From assembly GCA_036504755.1 (NCBI GenBank), contig DASXUP010000009.1, positions 35,631 to 99,630 of the forward strand: a stretch of DNA of 64,000 nt. The letters are read 5' to 3'. The notes under the pieces are model-generated. The model was given only the letters and a program-made list of their open reading frames with translations. It had not been told where the DNA came from and made no database searches. This document shows positions 45,245 to 54,334 of this stretch, piece by piece; the first letter of the stretch is position 1; each line of letters begins with the position of its first letter. The position numbers and the translations under genes were made by a program. The DNA comes from Coriobacteriia bacterium (lineage in GTDB: Bacteria > Actinomycetota > Coriobacteriia > Anaerosomatales > JAJZPX01).

Positions 45245-48136
45245 ATGACCCCGCCGCTCGACCGATTCCTCGTTCCCGGGACCGACGCGCCCGTCGCACG
45301 CGCGTACGCGTCGCTGTCCGAACGCGCCGCGGACGCCGTCTTCGGGTTCGAGGACGAGATCGCGGTGCTGGACGTCGAGACCACCGGCTTCGACCCCGGC
45401 CGCGACGCGGTGATCGAGATCGCCGTTCTCGTGGCTCGCGGCCCGGAGGTGATCGAGCGCTACTCCACGCTGGTGGACCCGGGGCGTGCGATCGCGCCCG
45501 AGACGACGCAACTCACCGGGATCGACGACGCGATGGTGGCCGGCATGCCCACGCCGGTCGAGGCGCTCGAGCGCGCCGCCGAGGTGGTCGGCTCGCGAGA
45601 CGTCGTAGCCCACAACGCGGACTTCGACCGCTCGTTCCTGCTGCGCTCGGACTCGCCGCGCGCCCGCGCTCTGTCCGGCACGTGGATCGACTCCCTGGAG
45701 CTCGCGCGGATCGCGCTCCCGCGCCTGCGCTCCCACCGCCTTCGCGACCTCGCCGAGGCGTTCGAGCTGCCCGGCGACGTCTGCCACCGCGCGCCCGGCG
45801 ACGTCGAGGCCACCTTCGCGCTGTGGCGGCTGTGCCTGCAGGGCCTCCACGACCTGCCCGCCGAGGTGGTCGCCGCCATCGCTGCCCTCGCCCCGGAGGT
45901 GGACTGGCCGCTGCGAGGCACGCTCGCGCACGCGGCGGCCGCGAGCAAGGCGCCTCGGCTGGACCTGAAGCACTTGCGACGGGAGCAGGCCCACATCGAG
46001 CGGGCCGAGACTCTGCTGGACGCGGCGGACTGCGATCTTTCCGCTCCGTCGGCGGAGGAGGTCCTGTCGGAGTTCTCGGCCGAGGGGCTCGTGGGGCGCA
46101 TGTACCCCGGCTTCGAGCGCCGCGGCGAGCAGCTCGAGATGGCCGAGGCGGTGCTGGACGCGTTCGGCGGCGCGCACCATCTCGCGGTCGAGGCGGGGAC
46201 CGGCGTCGGCAAGTCCGTCGCGTACCTGCTGCCCGCCGCGCTGTTCGCTCTGGAGAACCACGTGGGCGTGGGCGTGGCGACGAAGACCAACGCGCTCACG
46301 GACCAGCTGGTCTACGGCGAGCTGCCGGCGCTGGCGGAGCAGCTCGGCGGGAAGCTGCGCTACGTCTCGCTGAAGGGCTACGAACATTACCCTTGCCTGC
46401 GCAAGCTCGAGAGGCTGGCCACGGGCGCCGGCATCGCCGACCGCGAGGCCCTGGCGACGGTCGCAAGCCTGCTCGCGTGGGTCGCGCAGACTTCGTGGGG
46501 GGAGCTCGACGCGCTCAACGTGCACTGGCCGCCCGGGCTGCGGCAGCAGGTGGCGTGCTCGACGGAGGAGTGCACGAAGCGGCACTGCCGCTTCCACCCG
46601 AACCTTTGCTACGTGCGCGGCATCCGCAAGAAGGCGGCATGCGCGCACGTGGTGGTCACCAACCACGCGCTCCTCTTCCGCGACGCCGCCAGCGAAGGCG
46701 GCATCCTGCCGCCGCTGCGGTACTGGGTGGTCGACGAGGCGCATTCGGCCGAGGCCGAGGCGCGCCGCCAGCTCTCGCTCGGAGCCTCGCGCGGCTCGCT
46801 GCGCGGGCTCCTCGGCGGACTGCATGCGGCAGGGCGAGGAGGGCTGCTGACCACCCTGCGCGGGAGGATGTCGACCGCCGGGCTCCTCACTCCGCACGGC
46901 GAGGAGGTGCTCGAACGGGCGACCTCGGAGACGGCGAGCGCGGCGACGATCGCCGAGTCGTTCTTCGACTTCCTGAAGGACCTGCGGCTACGCGCTGACG
47001 ACGGCGGGTACGACCGTCGCGAGGCGCGGCTGTCGCCGGAGCTGCGCGAGAGCTCCGAGTGGAGCTACGCCGAGGGGACCGGGCGCGCTCTGCTGCGGAG
47101 GCTGGACGCGGTCGTCGTGGCGGGGCGCGAGCTCGTGACGCTCACCGAGGAGGCCGGAGACGACCTCGCCGAGCTCCGGGCGACGCTCGTGATGCACGTC
47201 TCGCAGCTGAGCGAGCAGTACCAGGGGCTGGCGACGGTGCTGGACGGCAGCGACGAGACGTTCGTGTACAGCGTGACGGTGGACCGGAGGCGTGAGGTCG
47301 CGGCGGAGCACCTCTCGGCGTCCACCCTGGATGTCGGCGAGGTGCTGCTGGCTACGGTCTACCCGAACGTGCACTCGATCGTGTACACCTCGGCCACCGT
47401 CGCGGCCGGCGACGACTTCTCGCACTTCCTGCGCGGAGTGGGCCTCGACCGTCTGCCCGAAGGCAGCGTACAGACGCTGCGGCTCGCCAGCAGCTACGAC
47501 TTCGAGCGGCAGATGGCCGTGTTCGTGCCCACGGACGTCGCCGAGCCGGGGCAGCGCGCCTACCTCGGCGACCTGGAGCGGTTGCTGCTGCAGGTGCACG
47601 AGGCGATGGGCGGCAGCGTGCTGACGCTGTTCACGAACCGGCGCGAGATGGAGACGCTGTACGCCAAGCTCGCCGGGCCGCTGCGCGAGCGCGGGCTGCC
47701 GCTGATCGCGCAGGGCGCGGGGGTGTCGCGCAAGCGCCTGCGCGACGAGTTCCTCGCCGACGAGCGGTTGTCGCTGTTCGCGACGAAGTCCTTCTGGGAG
47801 GGCTTCGACGCGCCGGGCGACACGCTGCGGTGCGTGGTGGTCGCGAAGCTGCCGTTCGGGCAGATGTCGGACCCGCTGTACGAGGAGCGCCGCACGCGCG
47901 ACCCGAAGGCGTGGGACCGCTACTACCTGCCCGAGGCGATCATCGACCTCAAGCAGGCGGCCGGCCGGCTGATCCGCACCTCGACCGACGAGGGGTGCGT
48001 GGTGATCGCCGACGCTCGGCTCGCGGGGCCGAAAGGTTACGCGCGCAAGTTCCTGGCGGCGCTTCCCGTGCGCGACGTGGAGATGCTGCCCGCCGAGCGG
48101 ATAGCCGAGGAGGTCGCGCGGCGGTTCGGGCGGTAG
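45245..48136 (+). CDS. dinG: Bifunctional DnaQ-like 3'-5' exonuclease / DinG-family (XPD-like) ATP-dependent helicase
   Basis: ORF track 45245..48136. Exo I motif IAVLDVETTGFDPGRDAVIEIA. Helicase Walker A EAGTGVGKSVAYLLPA and DEAH box VVDEAHS. C-terminal GRLIRTSTDEGCVVIAD. Confidence 0.85.
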   Translation: MTPPLDRFLVPGTDAPVARAYASLSERAADAVFGFEDEIAVLDVETTGFDPGRDAVIEIAVLVARGPEVIERYSTLVDPGRAIAPETTQLTGIDDAMVAGMPTPVEALERAAEVVGSRDVVAHNADFDRSFLLRSDSPRARALSGTWIDSLELARIALPRLRSHRLRDLAEAFELPGDVCHRAPGDVEATFALWRLCLQGLHDLPAEVVAAIAALAPEVDWPLRGTLAHAAAASKAPRLDLKHLRREQAHIERAETLLDAADCDLSAPSAEEVLSEFSAEGLVGRMYPGFERRGEQLEMAEAVLDAFGGAHHLAVEAGTGVGKSVAYLLPAALFALENHVGVGVATKTNALTDQLVYGELPALAEQLGGKLRYVSLKGYEHYPCLRKLERLATGAGIADREALATVASLLAWVAQTSWGELDALNVHWPPGLRQQVACSTEECTKRHCRFHPNLCYVRGIRKKAACAHVVVTNHALLFRDAASEGGILPPLRYWVVDEAHSAEAEARRQLSLGASRGSLRGLLGGLHAAGRGGLLTTLRGRMSTAGLLTPHGEEVLERATSETASAATIAESFFDFLKDLRLRADDGGYDRREARLSPELRESSEWSYAEGTGRALLRRLDAVVVAGRELVTLTEEAGDDLAELRATLVMHVSQLSEQYQGLATVLDGSDETFVYSVTVDRRREVAAEHLSASTLDVGEVLLATVYPNVHSIVYTSATVAAGDDFSHFLRGVGLDRLPEGSVQTLRLASSYDFERQMAVFVPTDVAEPGQRAYLGDLERLLLQVHEAMGGSVLTLFTNRREMETLYAKLAGPLRERGLPLIAQGAGVSRKRLRDEFLADERLSLFATKSFWEGFDAPGDTLRCVVVAKLPFGQMSDPLYEERRTRDPKAWDRYYLPEAIIDLKQAAGRLIRTSTDEGCVVIADARLAGPKGYARKFLAALPVRDVEMLPAERIAEEVARRFGR

Positions 48137-48140
48137 GCGC

Positions 48141-48171
48141 CTGACACGCGGCCCTAAGGCCCGTGTGTCAG
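48141..48171. terminator. Bidirectional terminator-like hairpin between convergent genes
   Basis: CTGACACGCGG-(9 nt)-CCGTGTGTCAG, 11 bp with one G-U pair. It overlaps the stop codon of the minus-strand small gene. Confidence 0.4.
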
Positions 48172-48488
48172 TGCATCGGCAAGCGGACGCCTTCGCTCTC
48201 GCCCTCGGTGGCCGTCTCGCTCACCAGGCGCACGAGCCGGTCGCACCGCATGCAGCTGTCGATGATCTCGTCGCCGTCGAGGTCGTGCCCGACGCGGAGG
48301 GCGACGACGTCGGCCGCGCGTTCGTCACCCATCATCAGCGCCCGGCAGCAGTCGTCGCACACGACCGCGCGGGCGATGGGGCACCAGTCGTTGTCCTCGC
48401 GGGGGAAGTGGTCCGGGCAGATGTGACACCGGAACGCCCCGTCGAAACGATCGGGATCCGGTATCGCGGTATCCAGGTGGTGTGCCAC
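48168..48488 (-). CDS. Small Cys/His-rich hypothetical protein (106 aa), last gene of the WYL-WYL unit
   Basis: Frame of ORF 48168..48626 (-) from GTG 48488 (AGGAGGAG 6 nt upstream). Cys/His motifs FRCHICPDH, WCP, VCDDCC and SCMRC. It starts 17 nt after the stop of the preceding WYL gene. No family recognised. Confidence 0.5.
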   Translation of the reverse strand: MAHHLDTAIPDPDRFDGAFRCHICPDHFPREDNDWCPIARAVVCDDCCRALMMGDERAADVVALRVGHDLDGDEIIDSCMRCDRLVRLVSETATEGESEGVRLPMH

Positions 48489-48505
48489 GTGCAGCTCCTC
48501 CTGCC

Positions 48506-49450
48506 CTACACTTCGCCGAGCTCGCCGAGCATCCTGCGCGCCGCCGCCGTGACTTCCTCGCGCACCTCGGCCGGCTCGAGCACCTCGGCGCTGCCGAGCC
48601 TCGCCGCGACCCGCCGGCCCACCCATGCGGGCGAAGCGTACGGGACGTCAGCGAAGGTATCGTCGCCCTCGGCCTCTCTGAACAGAGCGCCCGGCCATTC
48701 GCGCGACGAAAGGTCGGTTGCGCCGGAGAAGCGGACCGCGGCGTGACGGACGGCACCGTCCTCGGGGAACGCCGGGACGGGCGTGCGGGCGTTCGCTGGG
48801 GGCGTGAACGTCTCGCCGATCGGCTCGATGGTGTGCATGCGGTCGAGGCGGAAGACGCGCTCCGCGCCGGCTCGGCGGCAGAACGCCGACACGTACCATG
48901 CGCCGCGATCCAACCCGAGCGCCCACGGCTCGATGACGCGCTCGGTCAACTCACCTCGGCCGGCGGAGAAGTACTCGATGCGGAGCGCTTCGTGCCGAGA
49001 GGTGGCCGAGGCGACGATCGCGTGTATCTCCGCGAGCCCGCCCGGGGTGGTGGCTGCGTAGACCGCCCACGACAGGTCGGCGGCGTCGGGCGGTGACGCG
49101 GCCTCGGCCAGCTTCAGCCGCAAGGGGTCGTCGGCGGCCCTGCCGCACGCCTCGAGCGCGGCGGCCAGCGCGGCCGCCTCGGCGGGGGTCAGGCGCAGCG
49201 GACGGTCGAGCGCGGGAGGCGCCGAGAACACGTGGACGGCGCCGTCCTCGACGAACGCCTCGACGAGCTCGTCCGGGGAGTACGGCGGCAGGCCGCACAT
49301 CGACAGGGTGGCGACGTCGGCGGCTATCTGCGCGGGCGTCGCGCCGAGGCTCGCGGCCAGATCCGCGAGCGGGAGCTCGGCGCCGGGGGTCAGCAGCGGC
49401 AGCAGCGCCATCATGCGGCGGGCGCGGTCAGCAGCGTTCGCGCGCGGCAT
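48506..49450 (-). CDS. HTH-WYL-domain transcriptional regulator (PafC-like, second of a pair)
   Basis: ORF 48506..49519 (-). Start at ATG 49450 or ATG 49414. N-terminal wHTH LPLADLAASLGATPAQIAADVATL. WYL region RVIEPWALGLDRGAWYVSAFC. Confidence 0.7.
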   Translation of the reverse strand: MPRANAADRARRMMALLPLLTPGAELPLADLAASLGATPAQIAADVATLSMCGLPPYSPDELVEAFVEDGAVHVFSAPPALDRPLRLTPAEAAALAAALEACGRAADDPLRLKLAEAASPPDAADLSWAVYAATTPGGLAEIHAIVASATSRHEALRIEYFSAGRGELTERVIEPWALGLDRGAWYVSAFCRRAGAERVFRLDRMHTIEPIGETFTPPANARTPVPAFPEDGAVRHAAVRFSGATDLSSREWPGALFREAEGDDTFADVPYASPAWVGRRVAARLGSAEVLEPAEVREEVTAAARRMLGELGEV

Positions 49451-50411
49451 GCAGCTCCACCACCTTCCGCAGGCCCTCGACGAGGAGGGCACGAAGGTCG
49501 GCATCGACAGGCGTGACACCCGGGCCGTTCTCGACGATCCATCGCACGAGACGATCCGGATCCGCCACGGGCACGCGCCACAGCACCGCGCCGTCCGCCT
49601 GACACTCGAGCGTGCCCTGGCGCGCGGTGACGCGCTCCGCGCGCCAGGCCGCCTCCGGCGCGAAGCGCACCGTCGCCGTGCGCTCGGCGGGCCCGTACTG
49701 GAACGGCAGGAGCACGTAGGCCGCGACGTCGAAGCCCTCCGGCCGCTCGAAGTCGGCGGACTTCGGCCGCTCCGCGTTCGCGGACAGCTCCGTCATCCTG
49801 GCGAGGGTGTAGGTGCGGACCTCGTCCCGGGAGGTGTCCCTGCCCACGAGGTACCATCGGCCCTCTCGCAGGAAGATCGCGTACGGCTCGACCTCACGGG
49901 TGCCGGAGCGGCCGGCGAGGTTGGTGTAGCCGAAGGTCACCCGCTTGCGCGCCGTGACGGCCGAGGCAAGAGCCGCGGCGGCCTCTCCCTGCGCCTCCGG
50001 CGCCTCGTCCGCCAGCCGCGCGGCTACCGCGGGCGCGGGGGTGTCGGCGAACGCGGTGAGTTTGGCGAGCGCGTAGCGGAGGTCGTCGGTCAGCGGGAAG
50101 CTGGGGTCCGCGAGCATCGCGGCACCCGTCGCGGCGAGCGCGGCGAGCTCCTCGGCCGAAAGATGCACGGGCGCGGCGTACGCGGCCGGCTCGAGACGGT
50201 AGGCCTCGGTCTCGCCCGCGCGGTCGACTTCGATGGGCAAGCCGGCGGCTCGCAGGACGTCCTTGTCGCGCTCGAACATCCGCCCGAACGCCGGGGCGTC
50301 CTGCCCCTCGGGGTAGCCGAGGCCGGCGGCGCGGCATCCCTCCGCGGTCACGGGCGTGCGCGAACCCGCGAGGAACAGCGCGAGATTGATGAGTCGCTCG
50401 GCAGAATCCAC
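49428..50411 (-). CDS. HTH-WYL-domain transcriptional regulator (PafB-like, first of a pair)
   Basis: ORF 49428..50603 (-) from GTG 50411. Start of protein SAERLINLALFLAGS. WYL region REVEPYAIFLREGRWYLVGRD. Paired adjacent paralogues of about 315-330 aa, as in actinobacterial PafBC. Confidence 0.7.
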   Translation of the reverse strand: MDSAERLINLALFLAGSRTPVTAEGCRAAGLGYPEGQDAPAFGRMFERDKDVLRAAGLPIEVDRAGETEAYRLEPAAYAAPVHLSAEELAALAATGAAMLADPSFPLTDDLRYALAKLTAFADTPAPAVAARLADEAPEAQGEAAAALASAVTARKRVTFGYTNLAGRSGTREVEPYAIFLREGRWYLVGRDTSRDEVRTYTLARMTELSANAERPKSADFERPEGFDVAAYVLLPFQYGPAERTATVRFAPEAAWRAERVTARQGTLECQADGAVLWRVPVADPDRLVRWIVENGPGVTPVDADLRALLVEGLRKVVELHAARERC

Positions 50412-50705
50412 TAGTCGCCCCTCTCCGGACGCCTCCAGTCTAGGCGAACGTCTTCGCAGGTGGGAGACGGGAAGTGCTGGAAATAGGAACGAGACGCGCC
50501 GGGGGGTGCGCGTCTCGTTGATCAAGCGGGCGTCTCCCGGCCCTTGAGGGGGGAGGAGGGGGACGGGTCGCCCTGCTCGACGCTGACGCGTAGCAACGTA
50601 CATGCCAACAGGTTTGTTCAGGAACCGGCTCCATGCCCTTTCGGCGCTTGTCCGGTCCGGCGTCTCGGACTACAAAAGGAGGAAGCCCGACCGGGAGGAG
50701 CTCGA

Positions 50706-52172
50706 GTGGACGCCGGCACGACGACGGGGAACGCGGGTCTGCCGGCGCTCGCCCAGGCGCTGGCGGACGCCATCGCGGCGGAGCGCGCCTACCTCGCCGT
50801 GCTCGAGGCGGGGTTCCTGCGCACCGTCGCGTCCTGTCCCGACGTGCCGCTCCCGGCCTCCGTCGCGGTCGCGTCGCTGCCGGCGCTCGCGAAGGCCCTG
50901 AGCGACGGCGAGACGTCCGCCGCGGACGAGGAGCTGGCGGGGCTGTTCGGCGGCGAGGCGCACTTGCTCCTGCCGCTGCCGGTGACCGATGAGGTCCAAG
51001 GCATGGCCGTGCTCGTCGACTCGCCGATGCCCGCGGGCGCCGCGCTCGACATGCTCGCGGGTGCGGTCCCGCTCGCGGCCGCCCATCTCGCGACGTGGTG
51101 GGAGAGCGAACGCCGCCTGCAAGAGATCGGCGACGAGATCGCGATGGCCTGGGCGATGCGACGAGTGGCGGACGTCATGACGGACGCGATCCGCGTCATC
51201 GACCTCGACGGACGCGTCGTGCGGTGGAACAAGGCCAGCGAGCATCTCCTCGGGTGGACGGAGGAGGAGGTGCTCGGCACCGTGTTGCCGAGCATACCCG
51301 CCGACCGCAAGGCCGGCTTCCTGGCGCAGGTCCGCAATATGGCCATGACGATGCAGCCGACACGGCAGGAGATCGAGAGCCTGCGCAAGGACGGATCGCG
51401 GGTGAGACACTCCCTGCACGCTTATCCCATCCTGGACGAGCACGGCGAGTTCCTCGTGATCGCGGTCTCGCGCGAGATCGCGGCGGACAGCCGCGTCGAC
51501 CGGCTCCGCGACGAGTTCTGCGATCTCGTCAGCGGTTCGCTCAAAGGGCCGCTCACTGCCATCACCGGCTTCGGCCAGCTGCTGAGACGCACCGAGATCC
51601 TCGACGACCAGCAGCGGCGGCAGCGCGTGCTGGACGCCTTGCAGGCGCAGACAGGCGTGCTCGGCACGATGATCGACGACCTTCTGCTGCTCTCCGAGGT
51701 GCAGCACGGCGCGCTGCGGCTCGAGCGGACCGCGGTCGACCTCGTCACGATCGTCACCCAGAGCGTGGCCGAGGCGGAGCGCGCGCACCCCGGGAGCAGG
51801 TTCGTGGTCGACGTCGAGAGCCGCCTCCCGCGCCTCCCGGGCGATACGCAGCGGCTGCGGCAGGCGCTCGCGCATCTGCTCGCGAACGCCGCCACGTATT
51901 CGGCCCCCCGCGGCGAGGTCTGGGTGACGGTCGCGCGGGACGGCACGCACAGCACGGTGACGGTGAGAGACGACGGCGAGGGGGTCCCCGCCGAGGATCT
52001 GCCGCACGTGTTCGAGCGCTTCGTGAGGGGCAGCCGCGCTCGCGGGCGGGGAACCGGCGTCGGGCTGCACGTGGTCCGACTGATCGCGGAGGCGCACGGC
52101 GGGTGCGCTTCGATCGAGAGCGACTGGGGAAAGGGCTGCCGCGCTATACTGCGCCTGCCGCTGCTCGACTGA
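50706..52172 (+). CDS. Cytoplasmic sensor histidine kinase (GAF-like N-domain, PAS, HisKA, HATPase_c)
   Basis: Frame of ORF 50544..52172 from GTG 50706 (GGGAGGAG upstream). PAS segment IRVIDLDGRVVRWNKASEHLLGWTEEEVLG. The region RLRDEFCDLVSGSLKGPLTAI aligns where the H-box is expected but has no obvious His. ATP-binding motifs LLANAATYS, RDDGEGVP and GTGVGLHVVRLIAEAHGG. Confidence 0.78.
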   Translation: MDAGTTTGNAGLPALAQALADAIAAERAYLAVLEAGFLRTVASCPDVPLPASVAVASLPALAKALSDGETSAADEELAGLFGGEAHLLLPLPVTDEVQGMAVLVDSPMPAGAALDMLAGAVPLAAAHLATWWESERRLQEIGDEIAMAWAMRRVADVMTDAIRVIDLDGRVVRWNKASEHLLGWTEEEVLGTVLPSIPADRKAGFLAQVRNMAMTMQPTRQEIESLRKDGSRVRHSLHAYPILDEHGEFLVIAVSREIAADSRVDRLRDEFCDLVSGSLKGPLTAITGFGQLLRRTEILDDQQRRQRVLDALQAQTGVLGTMIDDLLLLSEVQHGALRLERTAVDLVTIVTQSVAEAERAHPGSRFVVDVESRLPRLPGDTQRLRQALAHLLANAATYSAPRGEVWVTVARDGTHSTVTVRDDGEGVPAEDLPHVFERFVRGSRARGRGTGVGLHVVRLIAEAHGGCASIESDWGKGCRAILRLPLLD

Positions 52173-52239
52173 GGACCGGGGACGCATGCGCCGCGCGCTC
52201 GGCGGAGCGCGCCGACGCGATGGTGCGGCAGCTCGCGGC

Positions 52240-52971
52240 TCAGCCCTCGGAGTAACCCGCGCCCCGCCTCGCCAGGCCGCCGACGTCCCTGACCACCACC
52301 GTGCGGCCGCGCGTCTCGATCAACCCCTCGCTACGCAGTCTGGCGAGCGCGCGCGAGAGCGTCTCCGGGACCGTCCCCAGTGTCTGCGCCAGCTCCGACT
52401 TCGGCATGCCGAGGTCGAACTCGAGGCCCTCGGCCGTCCGGCGCACGCCCGCCAGCGTGCGCTGGAACAGCCAGCCCGCAAGGCGGGACGGCACGTCGAG
52501 CGCGAGGGCCTGCATCGTGCCCGTGAGCCGCACCACACGAGCGGCGAGGTCGGTGACGAGGTCGCGCGCGACGGGCGGCTCGGCGGTCATCAGCTCGAAG
52601 AGCGCCTCCCGGGGCAGCCAGGCCAGCACGAGATCGGCGGCGGCTTCGGCGCTGGCGGGGTAGCGTCCGCCGGCGAGCGCGGCGACGGCGAGGATCGGCT
52701 CGCCGGGGCCCATCGTCTCGAAGGCGAGACGCCTGCCGTCGGCCGCGAGATGGAAGATGCTCGCACTGCCCCGCGCTACGACGGCGAGCGACGAGGCCGG
52801 GTCGCCTTCTCGCGCGACGACCGCCCCCTTGCGGAAGCGGCGCAGACGCGCGCCGCTCGCGAGACTCTCGACCCCGACGTCGGAGGCGCTGCGCCACAAC
52901 CGGCAGCCGCGCAACGCCTCGAGCAGCAGATCGCGCTCCGTCTTGTCCAAAGCCGCCTCCCGGGACTTCAC
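52240..52971 (-). CDS. Crp/Fnr-family transcriptional regulator
   Basis: C-terminal 243 aa of ORF 52240..53745 (-), from GTG 52971. It has a cNMP-binding-like beta-roll and the C-terminal HTH SELAQTLGTVPETLSRALARLRSEGLI. Confidence 0.8.
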   Translation of the reverse strand: MKSREAALDKTERDLLLEALRGCRLWRSASDVGVESLASGARLRRFRKGAVVAREGDPASSLAVVARGSASIFHLAADGRRLAFETMGPGEPILAVAALAGGRYPASAEAAADLVLAWLPREALFELMTAEPPVARDLVTDLAARVVRLTGTMQALALDVPSRLAGWLFQRTLAGVRRTAEGLEFDLGMPKSELAQTLGTVPETLSRALARLRSEGLIETRGRTVVVRDVGGLARRGAGYSEG

Positions 52972-52998
52972 CGGTCCTCTCGGGATTCTTTCCCCGGA

Positions 52999-53014
52999 CT
53001 TGACTTCCGTCAAG
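52999..53014. promoter_or_regulatory. FNR/DNR-type palindrome in the divergent promoter region
   Basis: cTTGAC-ttcc-GTCAAg, with perfect 5-bp (extendable to 6-bp) half sites and N4 spacing. It lies 28 nt upstream of the Crp/Fnr start and 81 nt upstream of the ygbA-like ATG. Confidence 0.45.
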
Positions 53015-53094
53015 GTGACTCGCCGGTCGGGGGCGTAGGTTCGGTGTCGGACAGCGAGCGAGCGTAGGCGCCGCCGGGCGCACGCGGAGGAGCG

Positions 53095-53562
53095 ATGACG
53101 GACCGGGTGAGAGAACGGCTGGCCGACGCGAGGGTGGCGCACGACACGCGCTTGCTCGGGGACTTCGCCCGCATCTACTGCGACGGCAAGCACGCGGACC
53201 GCGACAAGCATCCCCTTCGGAGCCCCGGCGCCGACCTCGGCGTGTACGGCAAGGTGCCGGTGGTCTGCGACGAGTGCGCCGAGCTGCTCGCATACGCGGA
53301 GGAGCGCCGTGCGCTGTGCCCGCAGGACAAGCCGGGCGCGCCGAAGCCGTTCTGCAGCCACTGCGAGACGCACTGCTACAAGCCCGGCATGCGCGAGCTG
53401 ATGCGCGAAGTCATGCGCTACGCGGGCCCGCGCTCGATGCTTCACGGGCACGCCGTGGACGGCGTCCGCCACATGATCGAGGGACGCAAGCATGCGGCCG
53501 AGGTGCGCCGACGCGAGGCCGCCGGCGCGGATAGAGAAACGGAAGGGACGAACGATGCCTGA
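53095..53562 (+). CDS. Nitrous-oxide-stimulated promoter family protein (YgbA-like)
   Basis: ORF track 53095..53562. KPFCSHCETHCYKPGMRELMREVMRYAGPRSMLHGHAVDGVRHMI closely parallels E. coli YgbA (KPACKQCPVHCYQP...IMRWAGPRML), recalled from memory. Confidence 0.7.
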   Translation: MTDRVRERLADARVAHDTRLLGDFARIYCDGKHADRDKHPLRSPGADLGVYGKVPVVCDECAELLAYAEERRALCPQDKPGAPKPFCSHCETHCYKPGMRELMREVMRYAGPRSMLHGHAVDGVRHMIEGRKHAAEVRRREAAGADRETEGTNDA

Positions 53563-53941
53563 GACAGTGACACGACAGATAGTCAGGATCGACAAGGACC
53601 TATGCACCGGTTGCGGCGCGTGCGTCTCACCGTGCGCCGAGGGCGCGATCGTCCTCGAAGGCGGGAAGGCTAAGGTCGTGCGCGAGGAGCTGTGCGACGG
53701 CGCCGGCTTCTGCCTCGGCGTGTGCCCGACGGGCGCGATGACCATCGAGACTCGCGAAGCCGTCCCCTTCGACCACCGTGCGGTCGAGGAGCACCAGGCC
53801 GAGCAGCCGAAGACCTACATCCCGCAGCAGTGCTTCCGCTGCGGCACCGGCGAGGACCAGCGAGCGCTGCTGCCCGTGCGCGTCCAGGGCACGTCCACGT
53901 GGGTCTGCACCGCGTGCCTGCCCGCACTCATCCACGGCTAG
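53555..53941 (+). CDS. 4Fe-4S ferredoxin-domain protein with extra C-terminal CxxC...CxxC
   Basis: Frame of ORF 53492..53941 from ATG 53555. Cys motifs CTGCGACVSPC and CDGAGFCLGVCP, with a C-terminal CFRCG...CTAC. 8-nt overlap with the ygbA-like gene. Confidence 0.75.
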   Translation: MPETVTRQIVRIDKDLCTGCGACVSPCAEGAIVLEGGKAKVVREELCDGAGFCLGVCPTGAMTIETREAVPFDHRAVEEHQAEQPKTYIPQQCFRCGTGEDQRALLPVRVQGTSTWVCTACLPALIHG

Positions 53942-53949
53942 GATCGGCG

Positions 53950-54315
53950 ATGACGAACGACATCGCCTTCCCGCCCGAGCCCGAGAGGGAGGAGCCGTCG
54001 CAGGCCCGCTCTCCGCGTCGCGTCCTCCGGCGCATAGGGCTGACGCTGCTCGCGCTCCTCGGCCTGCTCGTGGTCCTCGCGCTCGGCGCCTACCAGTTCG
54101 GTTCCATGGAGCCTCCCTCGGCCGAGGTGAGAGCGCGGTACGACGCGCTGGTGGCCGCGGGCAAGGCGCCACCTGCGCCGAACGGGTTCCACGTGCCGAT
54201 CCCCGGCTGCAGGTGTCACAGCAGCGACCCGGTCCTGCAGGTGCAGCACGCCACGATCCCCATCAGGCAGTGCTCGAGCTGCCACGGGGGCGGGCGGGCG
54301 CAAGCGGCGCGATGA
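53950..54315 (+). CDS. Small membrane-anchored protein with one CxxCH motif (possible monoheme c-type cytochrome)
   Basis: Frame of ORF 53692..54315 from ATG 53950. TM helix IGLTLLALLGLLVVLALGAY. Extracytoplasmic part HVPIPGCRCHSSDPVLQVQHATIPIRQCSSCHGG. Confidence 0.5.
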   Translation: MTNDIAFPPEPEREEPSQARSPRRVLRRIGLTLLALLGLLVVLALGAYQFGSMEPPSAEVRARYDALVAAGKAPPAPNGFHVPIPGCRCHSSDPVLQVQHATIPIRQCSSCHGGGRAQAAR

Positions 54316-54334
54316 CCGCCGGTCCCGCCGGCTT

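Noticed and set aside
45245-50411. DinG helicase plus WYL regulators read as an anti-phage defence island (CasDinG or BrxR/CapW-like).
   Set aside because: No cas, brx, CBASS or other effector genes are adjacent. The DnaQ-DinG fusion and the paired PafBC-like WYL proteins are ordinary housekeeping or DNA-damage genes in Gram-positive and actinobacterial lineages.
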